From positions 23,826,871 to 23,890,870 of the forward strand of contig NC_092676.1 of NCBI RefSeq assembly GCF_964355755.1: a stretch of 64,000 nucleotides of DNA, written 5' to 3'. Numbering within the stretch: position 1 is the stretch's first letter; every line of letters starts with the position of its first letter. A program made the position numbers and the translations under genes. This document shows, one piece after another, positions 36,793-49,230 of the stretch. Origin of the DNA: Antedon mediterranea (taxonomy: Eukaryota > Animalia > Echinodermata). Below the pieces are notes generated by a model that made no database searches, was not told the origin of the DNA, and was given only the letters and a program-made list of their open reading frames with translations.

Positions 36793-39700
36793 TCATTTTC
36801 TGTCTTCAGTTATTTCCACAAGTTTGAGCAACTTCTCGATTATCTCTAGTTCATTGATCTCTTTCAACAAGTCAGCCAAATTCTACTTTAAAAAATACGA
36901 AAAACACTTAATCAATATAGAAATAAATTGGAAGGAATGACACAATATGCGTAGACTACCAAAAAAACTAATGTTGAATAATTAAGTGAGAAAGCACGTT
37001 CCAATGTTCTACGCATGCGCACAAATTATTTCTAAGATCGTCTGAAATCGTAAATGTCCGGTGTTCTCAATCAAGCTTACAACGTTACACCTACAGATTT
37101 TTTTTTATGTAGAACACCTTTTGCCAATTGATTGAAAGGAATACAAACTACTAGAAAGGAACACCGTATACCAAACAAGATTGTTCATAACACGTTCCAC
37201 CTTAGTAATTGGTCCTTGTTAACATCCGCTTGAACATTATTGATTAAAAAAGTGTACATTCAAGAAACACAATTATGCTCGTGGATTGCAACTAGACTAC
37301 CTTGCGAACTGAATGCAATTATGGATTCAAGAGAATGCGTGGTTATATGCTGAAGGTAAAATTGTAAAGTAATATGGCACTTATGTTATAGACTTTAATT
37401 GAATCTGAAATCATGTTCGCAATAGGGTATATTTGTACTTGGGTTGATGTTTGAAATTACTTATTGGAAGGACTGTCAGCAAATAGATGATAATGATGCT
37501 CAACGGAAGTTTTGTCTTTATTTGGTAATGGTCCGTGTGTTTCGATTTGTACTGCATTACCTACTATTGCCAAAACAAATGGAAATTGACATTTATGTAG
37601 ATGAGATTTCAAAAGATGTCAACATATCAGGCAAAGAACATTATTTCTAAACCGCCCGGTGATATACTGAAATTTTAATTAATTAATTTGAAACGATACA
37701 GATGAGGAAATCTGTGAGAATGAGAAAAAGTCGCCCCAACCGAGACTCGAACTCGGACCGCCTGCTTGATATGCAGATGTCCTAACCATTAGACCACTGG
37801 GGCTTTCATGGTATTGTTCAAACTCGATTGGATAGCGACTCTTTAACATTCTCGGCGTGGTACGACGGAACAGCACTAGTCCTCAGTTGTACGCACGCGC
37901 AACAGAGATCAAATTGATACGCCCTCATCTTTCAGTATTTTTATTCACGAGGCGGGATCTCCGAAGAGATACTTTTATATATATAAACATATCAGGCAAA
38001 GAACATTAATTCTAAACCGCCCGGTGATATACTGAAATTTTAATTAATTAATTTGAAACGATACAGATGAGGAAATCTGTGAGAGTGAGAAAAAGTCGCC
38101 CCAACCGAGACTCGAACTCGGACCGCCTGCTTGATATGCAGATGTCCTAACCATTATATATATTATTTATTTATTTAAAAAATTATAAGCCTATATTACC
38201 GTAGATATATCGCTTCCTTCGGCAATATTATCTTCTGTACTTGATGTGACTATGGATGCTTCTGAATCTAAATATTCATCTATAGAGTTTAAAGTGATGT
38301 CGTTACGTTGAGGATTTCTCTGTTTCGACTTATACACTTGTTCCAGACGAATTGGCAATGGACGTATCAATGCCTTCTGTAAAGGACTACGCTTTGAGCC
38401 GAACATACCCCTGTGGATTTCATTTCCATATGCCTGGTATCCAGCATGTGGGCCTGGCAAATACATACGTGGCTTCCTAGGGTTGATGAGGTCTTGTGAA
38501 TTCAACTTCTCTACAAGCCTGTAGAGCTCTAATAGCTGTGATGGATCTGGTACATCCTGGTTATCAATTGGATCATCAGCATTCGTAAGAGGATTTGGGT
38601 TAGCGCTTCTATATGCAAAGTATTTCCCTTCGTTGTAGTCAGGCATATCAAATCTGTGCCCTCGCCGGCTTTCCAATTCTGGGGAAACGGAGATAACATG
38701 CGGTAAAAATCGACCGAATTCCCTAGAATCACTAGGCCGAATTAGTTCGGGCATATATACGTCATTGTTGAAAACCTCACTTTGCTCGCTTTCCGAATCA
38801 AATGGTTCTTGCAGATCATAGCTGGATATGTCAATAGATTCTTCTAATGCGTCCCATACATCATTTTCTACTCGGGGCGCCTGAAGACTTCGTTTGGTTT
38901 TACTGGCTGCTGGAACTAAATCATCCGCAATGTGGTTTAAGTCAAACGGAACTAAGAAATCATCGTTTCCTTTAATAAAGACAAATATATAATTGTATTA
39001 AATGAAGTAACGCATATCTACATTTCTGACATTTAGTAGAAATAATAACTTTTTTCAGTTAATTTGTGTTCTGTTTTGATACACTTCTCCCGTTAGTTAC
39101 CTAATGTGTGCTAATTCAGGAACAGCAGAGTGTTTGGATTTAAGACATTGTCAATTATTGGAATGCATTTTGTCAAAAGTTTGTATATTGTCCGTGACGT
39201 TCTAAGCATTCTGGTAAGAGGATTTGAAAATGTAAGTTAGGAAAAAGAAGTATATCAAGGCAACGACAAATTGTAAAAGATTTGATATCTTTCCAAAAAA
39301 GTTAAAAACATTCCGGTATTAATAGAGGATTTTCACATAAAAGTAATAAGAAAATTAAGTTTATCAAGGCAGAAATAGCATAATTATCTTACAAATTACC
39401 TCTTTTTCGCATTCCTTCAAGTGTTGGAAAGTTTACTGCGTAATATTTAAATAAATCTACTGCCCTCTTATTTCTTTTATCTCCCTCATAAAACGGCATG
39501 TCATTGAAAGCCTCGGCCACATTATTAACGTCACCAGGTCTAGGATATCTTGCTAGAGCCTTCTCAATATCCGCTCTTTTAGGATCCACTTCATTAAACT
39601 CCTCTTCTTCTATATCGGAAACATCTTCAGAGACACTACTGAACAGTTCAGATACCTCAGAAGAAGTTAAACTAATGTCATAATAAGATGATGATGAAAG

Positions 39701-42154
39701 AGAAGAAGTATCAGTTCCATCAACTTCTTCCTCTTCTTCATTATCACTTTCTTCAAAACTTTCAAGAGAGCGTTTGCTTCTTCGAGTTTTCACTTCGTTG
39801 ATGGCTTCCTCCATACCGCCAACATCGTTAGTCTGCTCTTTGCTGTTTTCCTCACTTTCTCCACTCTCAAAATCAGTTGGTCTGTCGTATGAAGGATCCT
39901 TAATAGTGTCATAACTATCACTATCAAAAACTGTGTTCTTAAAACTGTCGTCTTCTGATCCTTCACTGAATTCCGTCAACCAGGAGAGTTCTCTCCAGTC
40001 TCCGATGTAGCTATAATATTCTCCATAGTTACTTTCACTTGCCATTTTCACGGAGCTAATTAGTTCATCTTCTACTGGCTGTTCCTTTACTGATGTGTCA
40101 ATGAAAGATGATAGGTCCGAACTTTGATCTTCTACGTCTGAAATTTGACCTTCTACGTCAGACGGTAGTTCAGACGATGGTATGAAGATCATGTCATACG
40201 GTAGGTCATTTGGTAGAATGTTTGAAGACGAATATGCAATTGTATTATTTGGATTAAAGTTTGCAAATGTGTTGTCGCCGGATGCCTCTGTTTCTTTAGT
40301 TTTTGCTTCTTTTGTTTCACCTTCAGTTGATATACCAGCCATTAAGTTTACTTCATCTATTAAAATAAAATCAAGAACATCAAGAATTATTTCAACAAAA
40401 CAAAATGAAAAGTTTGTTTCTATCTGGAATGAATATTTAAGTACGACAAACAAGTATAAAGTTTGTACATAAAATAGTTGGATAAGAATTATCAGAAATT
40501 ATATCATAAAGTTATTATATTCTATAGAATGTAGTTAGCGGCAAATAGTCTAACGGAAGTCTAGACTTTGCTTTATAGTTCGGCTCTGCTGGCGCGTCTT
40601 ACTACAAGTTATGCATAATGGAACATAGGCCTACGGATCAAGTAGAAGACGGATCGATCTTTTGTAGTTCACAACGCGACCTCATAACACCTTACAACAA
40701 ATAGTAATTTGAAGTCTGGATGATTAGACGCCATTATATTGCGAACAAGAGATAAAGCGTCAAGAAAATGCATGTCTGAGACTTTGTACATTAATACATT
40801 CAAATTTGTTTATAACTCATTGGTTTAGTTGCATCTAAAGCGTTTTGGTATGAGTTTCAATTTGCGACGACCGACGACCTATATTGCAATTTGTGTCGTT
40901 GGTTGTCACCTGGACCCCAAATTCTTAAAACGTTCCGGTTTGAATGATTCTGCGTGCGCACAATTTTTAGATCGTCGCAAATAGCCTAATAAGCTCCCTA
41001 TCGACACATATTCGAGAGTGACACATTGAAATATGATTGAAGCATTTATTCACATAGCTACCGCTTGGCACCAAAGGTATACCAACGTTAAGGCCAATTC
41101 ACGAATGGTAACGGTAATACGAATATAGCGACGGGCGGTTTCCGCTAAAGATAGATACAGACTCTACATGGGACAATTTACTCGGTTTTCCGCTTACCGT
41201 TACCGCTCATCTGTGTGAATTGGCCTTCTTACATGTAACCACATGCGTAGACGTTTGGTTAGACGTAATTACTTTCAACCAAAATACCCCACCCATTCAA
41301 TACATTCTTCCCCTTCTACTTTTAGTATTAACCGATGGATAATTACGTGAATCTTAATTGGTGTTATCTGTCAATAATTGCTTTCGAAAAACGTACAGCG
41401 AGTTGTTGGCTTACTCTTACGCACGGATTGCTAATAAGCATCATTTAAGGATTCGGCTAACCAATGAAGCGAATCCAAAATCAGTTTAATGGATGACCGT
41501 TTATAACTATATAAACCTATTTAAATACGATATTAAATTTCAAAACTGCATGCTATTGTTTTATGAGTTACAATCCTGGCACTAGGTCAGGATTGAACCA
41601 TAGACCTTGGGATTGAAGGCAAGCACCTAACCACTTTACAGCTTCATTACTCTAAATGTGTAAATGATGTATTTATAAAAAAAAGAAGTATTAAATAATT
41701 ATAATAAATAGGCCTATAATGATGAACACAAAAGGACAATTAACTTAAGCTCTGTCTACACTATCAAACTTTATGAGACAAAAATGCGATATGCCCATTT
41801 ATGGACATGATGATGTCATATCGCTACCATATTTGAGCATATCACAACCATATTTGGGCATATCTCACATTTTTGTTCAAACCAGTTTGATAGTGTAGAC
41901 AGAGCTTTATATTAGCTTATAGAAGTGTTCACGGAATATTTTGACAGCGAGTTTTTGATGTATAATAATAAATCAAAAAGGTAATTAGGAGAGATTAAAA
42001 TTGAAGTTATGACATATCTACCTTGTACGTTTGTGTTTGGTTTAAAAATGTCACCGCCTGAGGTGTTCTCTAAGACAGGTGCGCCAGCAACGCGTTGGCT
42101 GCTCTTCATAAATGCACTCACCATGACAACGAAAAACAGACGATGTAGAATCAT
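36793..42154 (-). CDS. Uncharacterised secreted acidic prohormone-like precursor (granin/neuropeptide-precursor-like), 649 aa, 4 coding exons
   Basis: Exons 42154-42022 (MILHRLFFVVMVSAFMKSSQRVAG-AP, signal peptide), 40356-39400 (957 nt, D/E/S-rich, RRSKR, KR, KRNKR, RKR), 38969-38200 (770 nt, KR, RR, KR), 36882-36793 (NLADLLKEINELEIIEKLLKLVEITEDRK*). Phases 1,1,0 join into a 1950-nt open frame. Confidence 0.82.
37732..37803 (-). tRNA. tRNA-like gene with complete cloverleaf and ATC (Asp) anticodon; probably repeat-borne
   Basis: GCCCCAG/TTGGGGC acceptor stem, GTCT/GGAC D stem, TCTGC/GCAGG stem with loop AT-ATC-AA, CCGAG-TTCGAGT-CTCGG T arm, G discriminator, T5 run 2 nt downstream. Confidence 0.6.
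38097..38156 (-). pseudogene. 5'-truncated duplicate of the tRNA-like gene
   Basis: Identical to 37732-37791 at a 365-bp offset; lacks the 5' acceptor strand and D stem. Confidence 0.7.
41748..41906. mobile_element. MITE family 1 (PIF/Harbinger-like, TIR AGCTCTGTCTACACTATCAAACT, TWA target), representative copy
   Basis: TTA on both sides. Further copies at 2951-3235, 13586-13746, 14533-17303, 17353-17450, 17943-18100, 21090-21250, 30259-30549, 30599-30729, 31215-31371, 36401-36539, 42722-42877, 45415-45576, 52487-52629, 58169-58308, 62128-62256. Confidence 0.88.
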
Positions 42155-43092
42155 TGTTGAAACCTGGCAAGATAAAAATACAAAAGTGCCAAATTTAATT
42201 AATCTGCATTGATGACCACAAAAACATATTCTATAAATTGATAAATAATTATTCATCCGTAACTTTATGCTCTGTGTCTCATTAAGTCAATTCAATTGTA
42301 GGCGTTAATCAACAATGTTTTTTTTACAGTGAAAATAATGTGTTGCGTCATTGCGTATGGTTATCAAATAACGTAAATTGTACGCAGCATTAAAACCAAC
42401 GCGTTTATTAATTTAAGAAGTTGATGATTAATCAAAAGATTTCAAGAATCATGTATTTATTATCATGTATGTTATTGTGTATCATGGAAATAAATTAAAT
42501 TTAATTGAATTGAATTGAACTGTGTCGTCGGTGCGAAGAGTAAAATTATTACTATACTAAAATACCAATAATGTTGGTTTGGTTATACAAGTAGGCATAA
42601 AAGTTACAGAATACATAATTTTTTTTACGCGCTATTTTAAATTATGATTTTTAAAGTACGCGGTACGTAGGCGAATCTCATTTAATATTCAGAATCATGC
42701 CACTGTTTTCGTTCGTCCTTCAGCTCTGTCTACACTATCTAACTAGTTTGACAAAAACTGTTTGATGGGCCCAAATATAGTAGTGGTATGCCTAAATATG
42801 GTAGTGATATGATGTCATCGTGTCCATATTATGAACACATCATTTTTTTGTCACATAAAGTTTGTGTAAACAGAGCTTTATGAATCTAAAATAAAGGCTA
42901 GATGGTAAATCTAGAAGAAATATTAGAAGAGATATGGAGGATTTTTTCAAGAGCAGCAGCAGAGCAGTTCCATCAAACAAGATATGTGTCCTTTTTGTCG
43001 ATTCTTTACGACCACTTCACGTTGAAAGCATAAAGCTTACAGAACATCGATGATGATTCAATGTATTTAGCTTAATGTTTAGCTTTAACAAC

Positions 43093-43438
43093 AACGTTGA
43101 CAATGTATGTAAGTGCACTACGGATAAACAGTAATGTATGAAAATAACCTGTATACGTATCCTACTGTAGTGCCCAGTTCTTAAAAAATGTTGCGCACAA
43201 AAGGCTAAACGTTGACAATTTATGTAAGTGCACTACGGATAAACAGTAATGTATAAAAATAACCTGTATACGTATCCTACTGTAGTGCCCAGTTCTTTAT
43301 AAATGTTGCGCACAAAAGGCTAAACGTTGACAATTTATGTAAGTGCACTACGGATAAACAGTAATGTATGAAAATAACCTGTATACGTATCCTACTGTAG
43401 TGCCCAGTTCTTAAAAAATGTTGCGCACAAAAGGCTAA
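43093..43438. repeat. 115-bp tandem repeat, 3 copies
   Basis: aacgttgacaat.. starts at 43093, 43208 and 43323. Confidence 0.93.
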
Positions 43439-44198
43439 AACACACACTACGAGTTCCTTGGGTTTCTTGTAAATCTGGATATCCCGTATGATACCGTTCT
43501 CCACCAATATAGGCCTAATTTTTCGAAAAGTAGAGGCCTACAACTATTTAGTGATAATTGATGGTTAGAATATTGATACATTACAGAATAATGAATTTTG
43601 AAATGATCAAAACATCTTTATACAGTAAGATTTTACCAATCACATTCGGACTGTCGCTTGTCATTCGTCAATCTTCGGAACCTGGTAAACTGCCACCCTG
43701 AATATGAAGGGGTTCACTGTTACTAAACATTTTTTTTCTCTAAATGATAATATAATACCTAAAAATACTATGTAGGCCTACCAATTCATGTTCTTAAAGA
43801 AAAATAAAGCAATACATTTCAATTCTTTAATCTTATATTTTGATCGAAAACATATCTTTCATCAATTATAAAAATGTATGTCATAAGTCATTATTTCAAC
43901 CGAATGTGCGAAATGTCAATAAAATGCAATGCGATCTGAAGTTGAGCCAGATTAGTCATTAAGGATCACTGATCCAATTCTAACCTAACATTGTATGTAA
44001 GGCAATCTTCTCAGCATTAATATCCTAACACATGTATGTAAAGTATCCTACTATTAGGAAGCCAGATAAAGATCTTAATAGCAAACACGTCCGCTCTCAG
44101 AATAATTCAACTCACTTATAAGTTTTGTCACTTTTCAAAACCAGCCTGGAATACTAATGTTCTCTACTATAAATATATTGATTTAGGTTTGTGTGCAA

Positions 44199-44487
44199 TG
44201 CTTGGTTTTCACTGGAGACGCAACGCAAACGTAATCACAACGTTATGCGTGGTTCTCATAAAGCGTGGTCCCCACTAGCGACGCAACGCAAGGACGTAAA
44301 CGCAACGCAAGCGTTTTAACCAATGACAAGCGAAGTTATAGACAGTTAGCAATCACAAGCGAATAAGCCATCGCTTGTGATTGGTCAATTCACTTGCGTT
44401 GCGTTACGTCACTTGCGTTGCGTCGCTAGTGGGAACCACGCTTAAGTGATTTGATCAATCACAAGCGACGGATTATTCGGACTGTCG
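44199..44487. mobile_element. Nested MITE family 2: young copy 44262-44442 (TAA TSD) inside an older copy
   Basis: taa|agcgtggtccccactag ... ctagtgggaaccacgct|taa within diverged family-2 sequence. Confidence 0.85.
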
Positions 44488-45827
44488 AAGGCAACTCATT
44501 ATTATCTAACTAAAGCTAGACCCAAAACTACCATTCTTTCAGTTGCCTAAAACGCATAAACTCGAAACTTTATGCAAAAAAAGATGTAGGCCTATTAAAG
44601 AAAGATGGACAACTTTTAAAAATAAATAAGTAAAGATCCACCTGTATATCCTGGCTACACATGCTTATTGAATACAATCATTATTAACGAAGATTCCGTT
44701 TGTCTGTTAAGACTAGAGTTTTGATTTAGATAAAATATATTGAAATAAATTTACACTAAATCACTTTTGATACAGTGGCATACATCAGGTGTTTGTACAC
44801 CCTAATGATGATTAATTCTGTCAAACCTATGCAACTAATGACTATCGATAAGAAATCAATTTGTTACGTTAGCATTGCTTCTAGGCTAACGTTAGAAACA
44901 GGTCTCGGGTTCACCAATTTAGACACGGAAACAGAACGGTCGTGATTCTGCATCTATGATATCACTTAGAAGATTGCTTTACATTATATCAATTGAATTT
45001 TACATTCGTACGTATAACACATGCTAAGTTTACGGGTGTATTTTATAACGATGTAGTTATCGCCATCTTTAATGTCTCTATGTCGCATTGCCACAGTTAT
45101 CAAAATGCCTGAAGTAAAGATTTACTTAAATGAGACAATTTAATTAAGGTAGTTTCTATAAAGTACAATTCCTAATTTAATTGTGTATGTTTGAAAGAGA
45201 ATTTATCCCAGACTTGTACGTAAGTTTAGTTATACATACTATACTAGTGCCAATCCACTTTTACCAATAGAAATCCTGATTGATTAGCGCCTATAAACTT
45301 GGATGGATATTATGCTTATTATATTCCTGCAAATATTCTGTCTCCCCTGTTAACAATTTGTCTAATACGAGTAATACGCCATTCTGGGCATTAAATGAGA
45401 TGGAGATGGTTTAAAGCTGTTTTACACTATAAAACTAGTTTGACAACAAAAGTGTAATATGACGTGCCAAAATATAGTAGTGATATGCTCAAATATGATA
45501 GTGATATGACATCATCATGCCAAAATATGGACCCATCACATTTTTTCACATAGAGTTTTAAAGTGTAGACAGAGCTTTACAAAACACAGTCAACTAATCA
45601 GAAATCTAAGCGCTGTATACATCAGTACAGGCATTGCTAAAGCGATCGGCGATAGCTTGCGATAGCATGCAAAGGTTCATTATAATTAATAATATATTAT
45701 GATGATATTTGCTATGTGTAAACTGACGCGCTAGAATCAACATCAAGCTCACTCTTGAAACCATTAATATCCGTTTGATGTGAATATGGTAAAATACTAC
45801 AGTATAGCGTTTTATCATCGCCACTAA

Positions 45828-46154
45828 AGCTTAAGCTTGGTTCCCACTAGAACGTAACGCAAGGACGTAAACGCAACGCAAGCGTTTTAACCAATGACAA
45901 GCGAAGTTATAGACAGTTAGCAATCACAAGCGAATAAGCCATCGCTTGTGATTGGTCAATTCACTTGCGTTGCGTTACGTCCTTGCGTTGCGTCGCTAGT
46001 GGGAACCACGCTTTAGTTCTCACTAGAGACGCAACGCAAGAACGTAGACGCAACGCAAGCGAGTTGACCAATGACAAGCTACAGTTTGAATATTTGGTCA
46101 AATCACTTACGTTGCGTTACGTCCTTGTGTTGCGTTTCTAGTCAGAACCAAGCT
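45828..46154. mobile_element. Nested MITE family 2: young copy 45834-46012 (TTA TSD) inserted in the left TIR of an older copy
   Basis: agc-TTA-[agcttgg..acgct]-TTA-gttctcactag..gaaccaagct. Confidence 0.87.
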
Positions 46155-46677
46155 TTAAGTCGGCCTATATTCACAACCAACCCACACTCTCACATCCATC
46201 ATATAGTGATGTATAAATGCAAGCTAAACCAATTTAAAAAATGGTTCATTTCAATGCATTCATCTCCATGAAAACCATAGTCTGGCTTTATCAAATTACT
46301 TTTCTAACTCATTATTACATTCGTCGCCTTCTTTCTCAATGTCATTATAAATTAATAAGGAATAGTAGTCTATAGCAGGTCTTTTCTAGCTGATGCTATG
46401 TTTTTTGTCACGAGATTACGCATACGTAATGAGAGTTCGTTACCTGCATTGTTCAACTAAACCATAACAAAGTATGAAGTCTTGCTTGTTATAACTTGTA
46501 CTATACTAATAATGTACTTGTTGAATACATTAAAATGAAGAGAAACCCTAGACGGTCCAGCCATAATGATGTAGGAAATAAGTAAATGATTGGGTACTGT
46601 TTACGTTTTATGTTTCTGACGAGTAAAACGAAAATAAAAACAAGTTTAATGTGTTAAATCACAAGAAATGAGATAGA

Positions 46678-46920
46678 TTTTTTATTTATTTATTACACCT
46701 TATTTATAGAGGATGACCATAAACAGCGTATGCTGACAAAAAAAAGGGGTTGTGTGTATACTAGTACACCGGGGTAACCCCCTACTCGTCTCAAAAGATG
46801 TACTAGGTTCTTTAAATTGCACATGACCCTGATGTGTATAACACTGGACCTACGGTTTATAGTCCTTTCCCGGTAAGAATCATTCTACCACCAGAACCAT
46901 GGAGCGAGTGAGGCTTAAAC
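46678..46920 (-). mobile_element. Deu/Nin-domain SINE
   Basis: Reverse complement ggactataaaccgtaggtcc..taaagaacc..gagtagggggttaccccggtgt resembles the conserved DeuSINE central domain; (aaat)n tail. Related fragments at 23618-23780, 24490-24660 and 9510-9690. Confidence 0.65.
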
Positions 46921-47569
46921 CGATAGATGACAAATGCCAGCGTAAAATATAAAAAAAAACCTAATTGACAAACAAAAATGTTAGAACAGTATAAATGTAG
47001 ACTAGTGGTAATTAAAAGGCATAGGCAATTAAATACAATATCTTGAACATAAGAAAAACAATTTTATAGCCTTATAAATGATGTTTTTTCACATTGCTTA
47101 TACCGTACTCTACGGTTTAATCCAGTTCTGACCTGTAGATGACCAGTTCACAAGACTAACAGAAATAATTATCAATTTGTATCGTTGGTAACGTTTAGGT
47201 AATGAGCACACGTGATGTGCGCAAGATATTACTGGTGCGCGACATTATGTTAAAGCTGTTGTTTTATTTAATTTTAACTAATGCAAGTGGACATTTTAAA
47301 GGGCATTGAAGTATATTAACCTAAAAACATGAAGCATACACAAATTAAAAAAAGTATCACAGAAAGGTAAGTTAAATAGACCTTGACGGTTTGAAAACAT
47401 TATTCATTTCATAAATGTATAATATTATATTATTGAATAATGTATCCACAATCAATAATTAAAATTGAAATAAGTCACGGTCGAACCAATACCTTGACGG
47501 AGACTCATAATTAAACAATAACGAATGTCCTTATAAAGGTGCAATTAAGTGAAACAAACTTGGTGTTTT

Positions 47570-47784
47570 ACCAAGGCAATCTAACACACAGGACACTGAG
47601 CTCACCTTACTTGGATAGGAACTCAGTCTTTTGATCTTTATGTCTGGCTGCGAAAAATACCAACAGTATTGTATATTCTCCGTAGCGCACTGTGTATATT
47701 CAAGCTCGTGGGACTGATCGTGTCGCAGCCACAGATAAACCCTTTGATATGCGTAGCAATATCCTGTTGCTATATTGCCTTGGT
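47570..47784. mobile_element. MITE family 5 (TIR ACCAAGGCAATCTAAC), representative copy
   Basis: Related copies at 696-883, 12720-12899, 28347-28551, 49775-49953, 61765-61950 share aggacactgagctc, gataggaact, tgtctggctgcga and actgatcgtgtcgcagcc. Confidence 0.8.
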
Positions 47785-48018
47785 TTGACGTTCATTCGTT
47801 TCATCTCATTTAAATATCAAGAACTTAGGCCTACAAAGTAATGCTGTGTTTAAAACAGGCCAATATTTAATGACTTTCAACGTATTGTATTTTGTATGCA
47901 CACGACGAGTTCAGCCATGAGTTGAGCCTAGCCTTCGTGGATATGGTTAATCTAAATTGAATTGAAATTACGGCCGGGTTTGTATTCTGCCCAAGACAAT
48001 CTAATTTCCTTACTCGTA

Positions 48019-48197
48019 AGCGTGGTTCCCACTAACGACGCAACGCAAGGACGTAACGCAACGCAAGTGAATTGACCAATCACAAGCGATGGCTTATTCG
48101 CTTGTGATTGCTAACTGTCTATAACTTTACTTGTCATTGGTTAAAACGCTTGCGTTGCGTTTACGTCCTTGCGTTACATTCTAGTAGGAACCAAGCT
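48019..48197. mobile_element. MITE family 2 copy
   Basis: Near-identical to 25954-26134. Confidence 0.85.
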
Positions 48198-49047
48198 TAA
48201 CCGAGGCAATCCTTGCTCTGATGCTTAGGCCTACTATGGTTTGACAAGTCAAATTACTGTAAATTTAGTTAGAATATATAATAATATTATAGAGACTCAT
48301 GTATGGCGTATGAATGTCATACTTAAAGTAAAATTAAGATATTACGTCACAATATCTAATTTAACTACATCGGATTCTTGTTATGTCGTTTAGTAAAAGC
48401 GTCTTTCACAGCGATAAGCTGGAATTTTGTAGGCCTGCGTCAAAGAACGCCATATTCAAAACCGATTTGTTTACATGTAATTATACTCAGAGAATGTAGA
48501 GTAATATCCTCATTTAGTGTAGAATAATTACTGGTTAATAGCAACGCGAATATTTCGAACTAATTAAACTGATTTAAAACGAGTTCTATTGAATATAATT
48601 TTCCGTACACGCAACAATTAAAAACGAACCCACGGATTGATAAGATTTATGGTACAGGCGGAATAGTGAGGCAAAACCAATGTAGCAATGTGGTTGAGAA
48701 TGATAGATTCTAGCAAAGCTACCCAACAACTCCCCCTTCCTCTCCAACCCCGATCTCAACCTCTCCGCAAAGGTTTTAAAATGTAGTTTAAAACCTCCAC
48801 AGTGTAACAATTCTGGTGATTTTGATACTGTACTCTTTTAAGTTCCATAACCCAACCCATCCTCACCCAATCGGGCGATATAGTGTCTTTATCGAAATAT
48901 CTCAACACACAAGAAATCATCTTTATAATATCAATAATCCTTACAATAATTAAAATCATATAGTATATTTCATCTAATTATTTTGTTCTTAATATCTTTC
49001 ACTTCATCGTCCATTTCTTCTTAATACGATTATCGTGTTGGGCCTAA

Positions 49048-49230
49048 AGGCCAATTTACACAGAGTGGTAACGGTAATAAAAATATAGAATCTATGTTAT
49101 TCCTTACGACCATTTTACACGTAACGCGGAGCGGACGGGCGGTTTTCGCTCAGGCCAGATTCTACGTGGGGACAAGCTACGCGGTTTAATTGTCCGCTTA
49201 GCGTTACCGTTCGTCTGTGTAAATTGGCCT
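49048..49230. mobile_element. MITE family 4 (TIR AGGCCAATTTACACAGA); second copy at 41091-41226
   Basis: Inverted ends with internal ggtaacggtaa / ttaccgttacc arms in both copies. Confidence 0.75.

Larger units (their letters stand above)
37621..38156. repeat. Tandem duplication, 365-bp period (1.5 copies), carrying the tRNA-like gene
   Basis: 37621-37791 recurs almost identically at 37986-38156. Confidence 0.9.

Noticed and set aside
37679-37876. 65-aa ORF
   Set aside because: Translation of the tRNA-like repeat within an intron.
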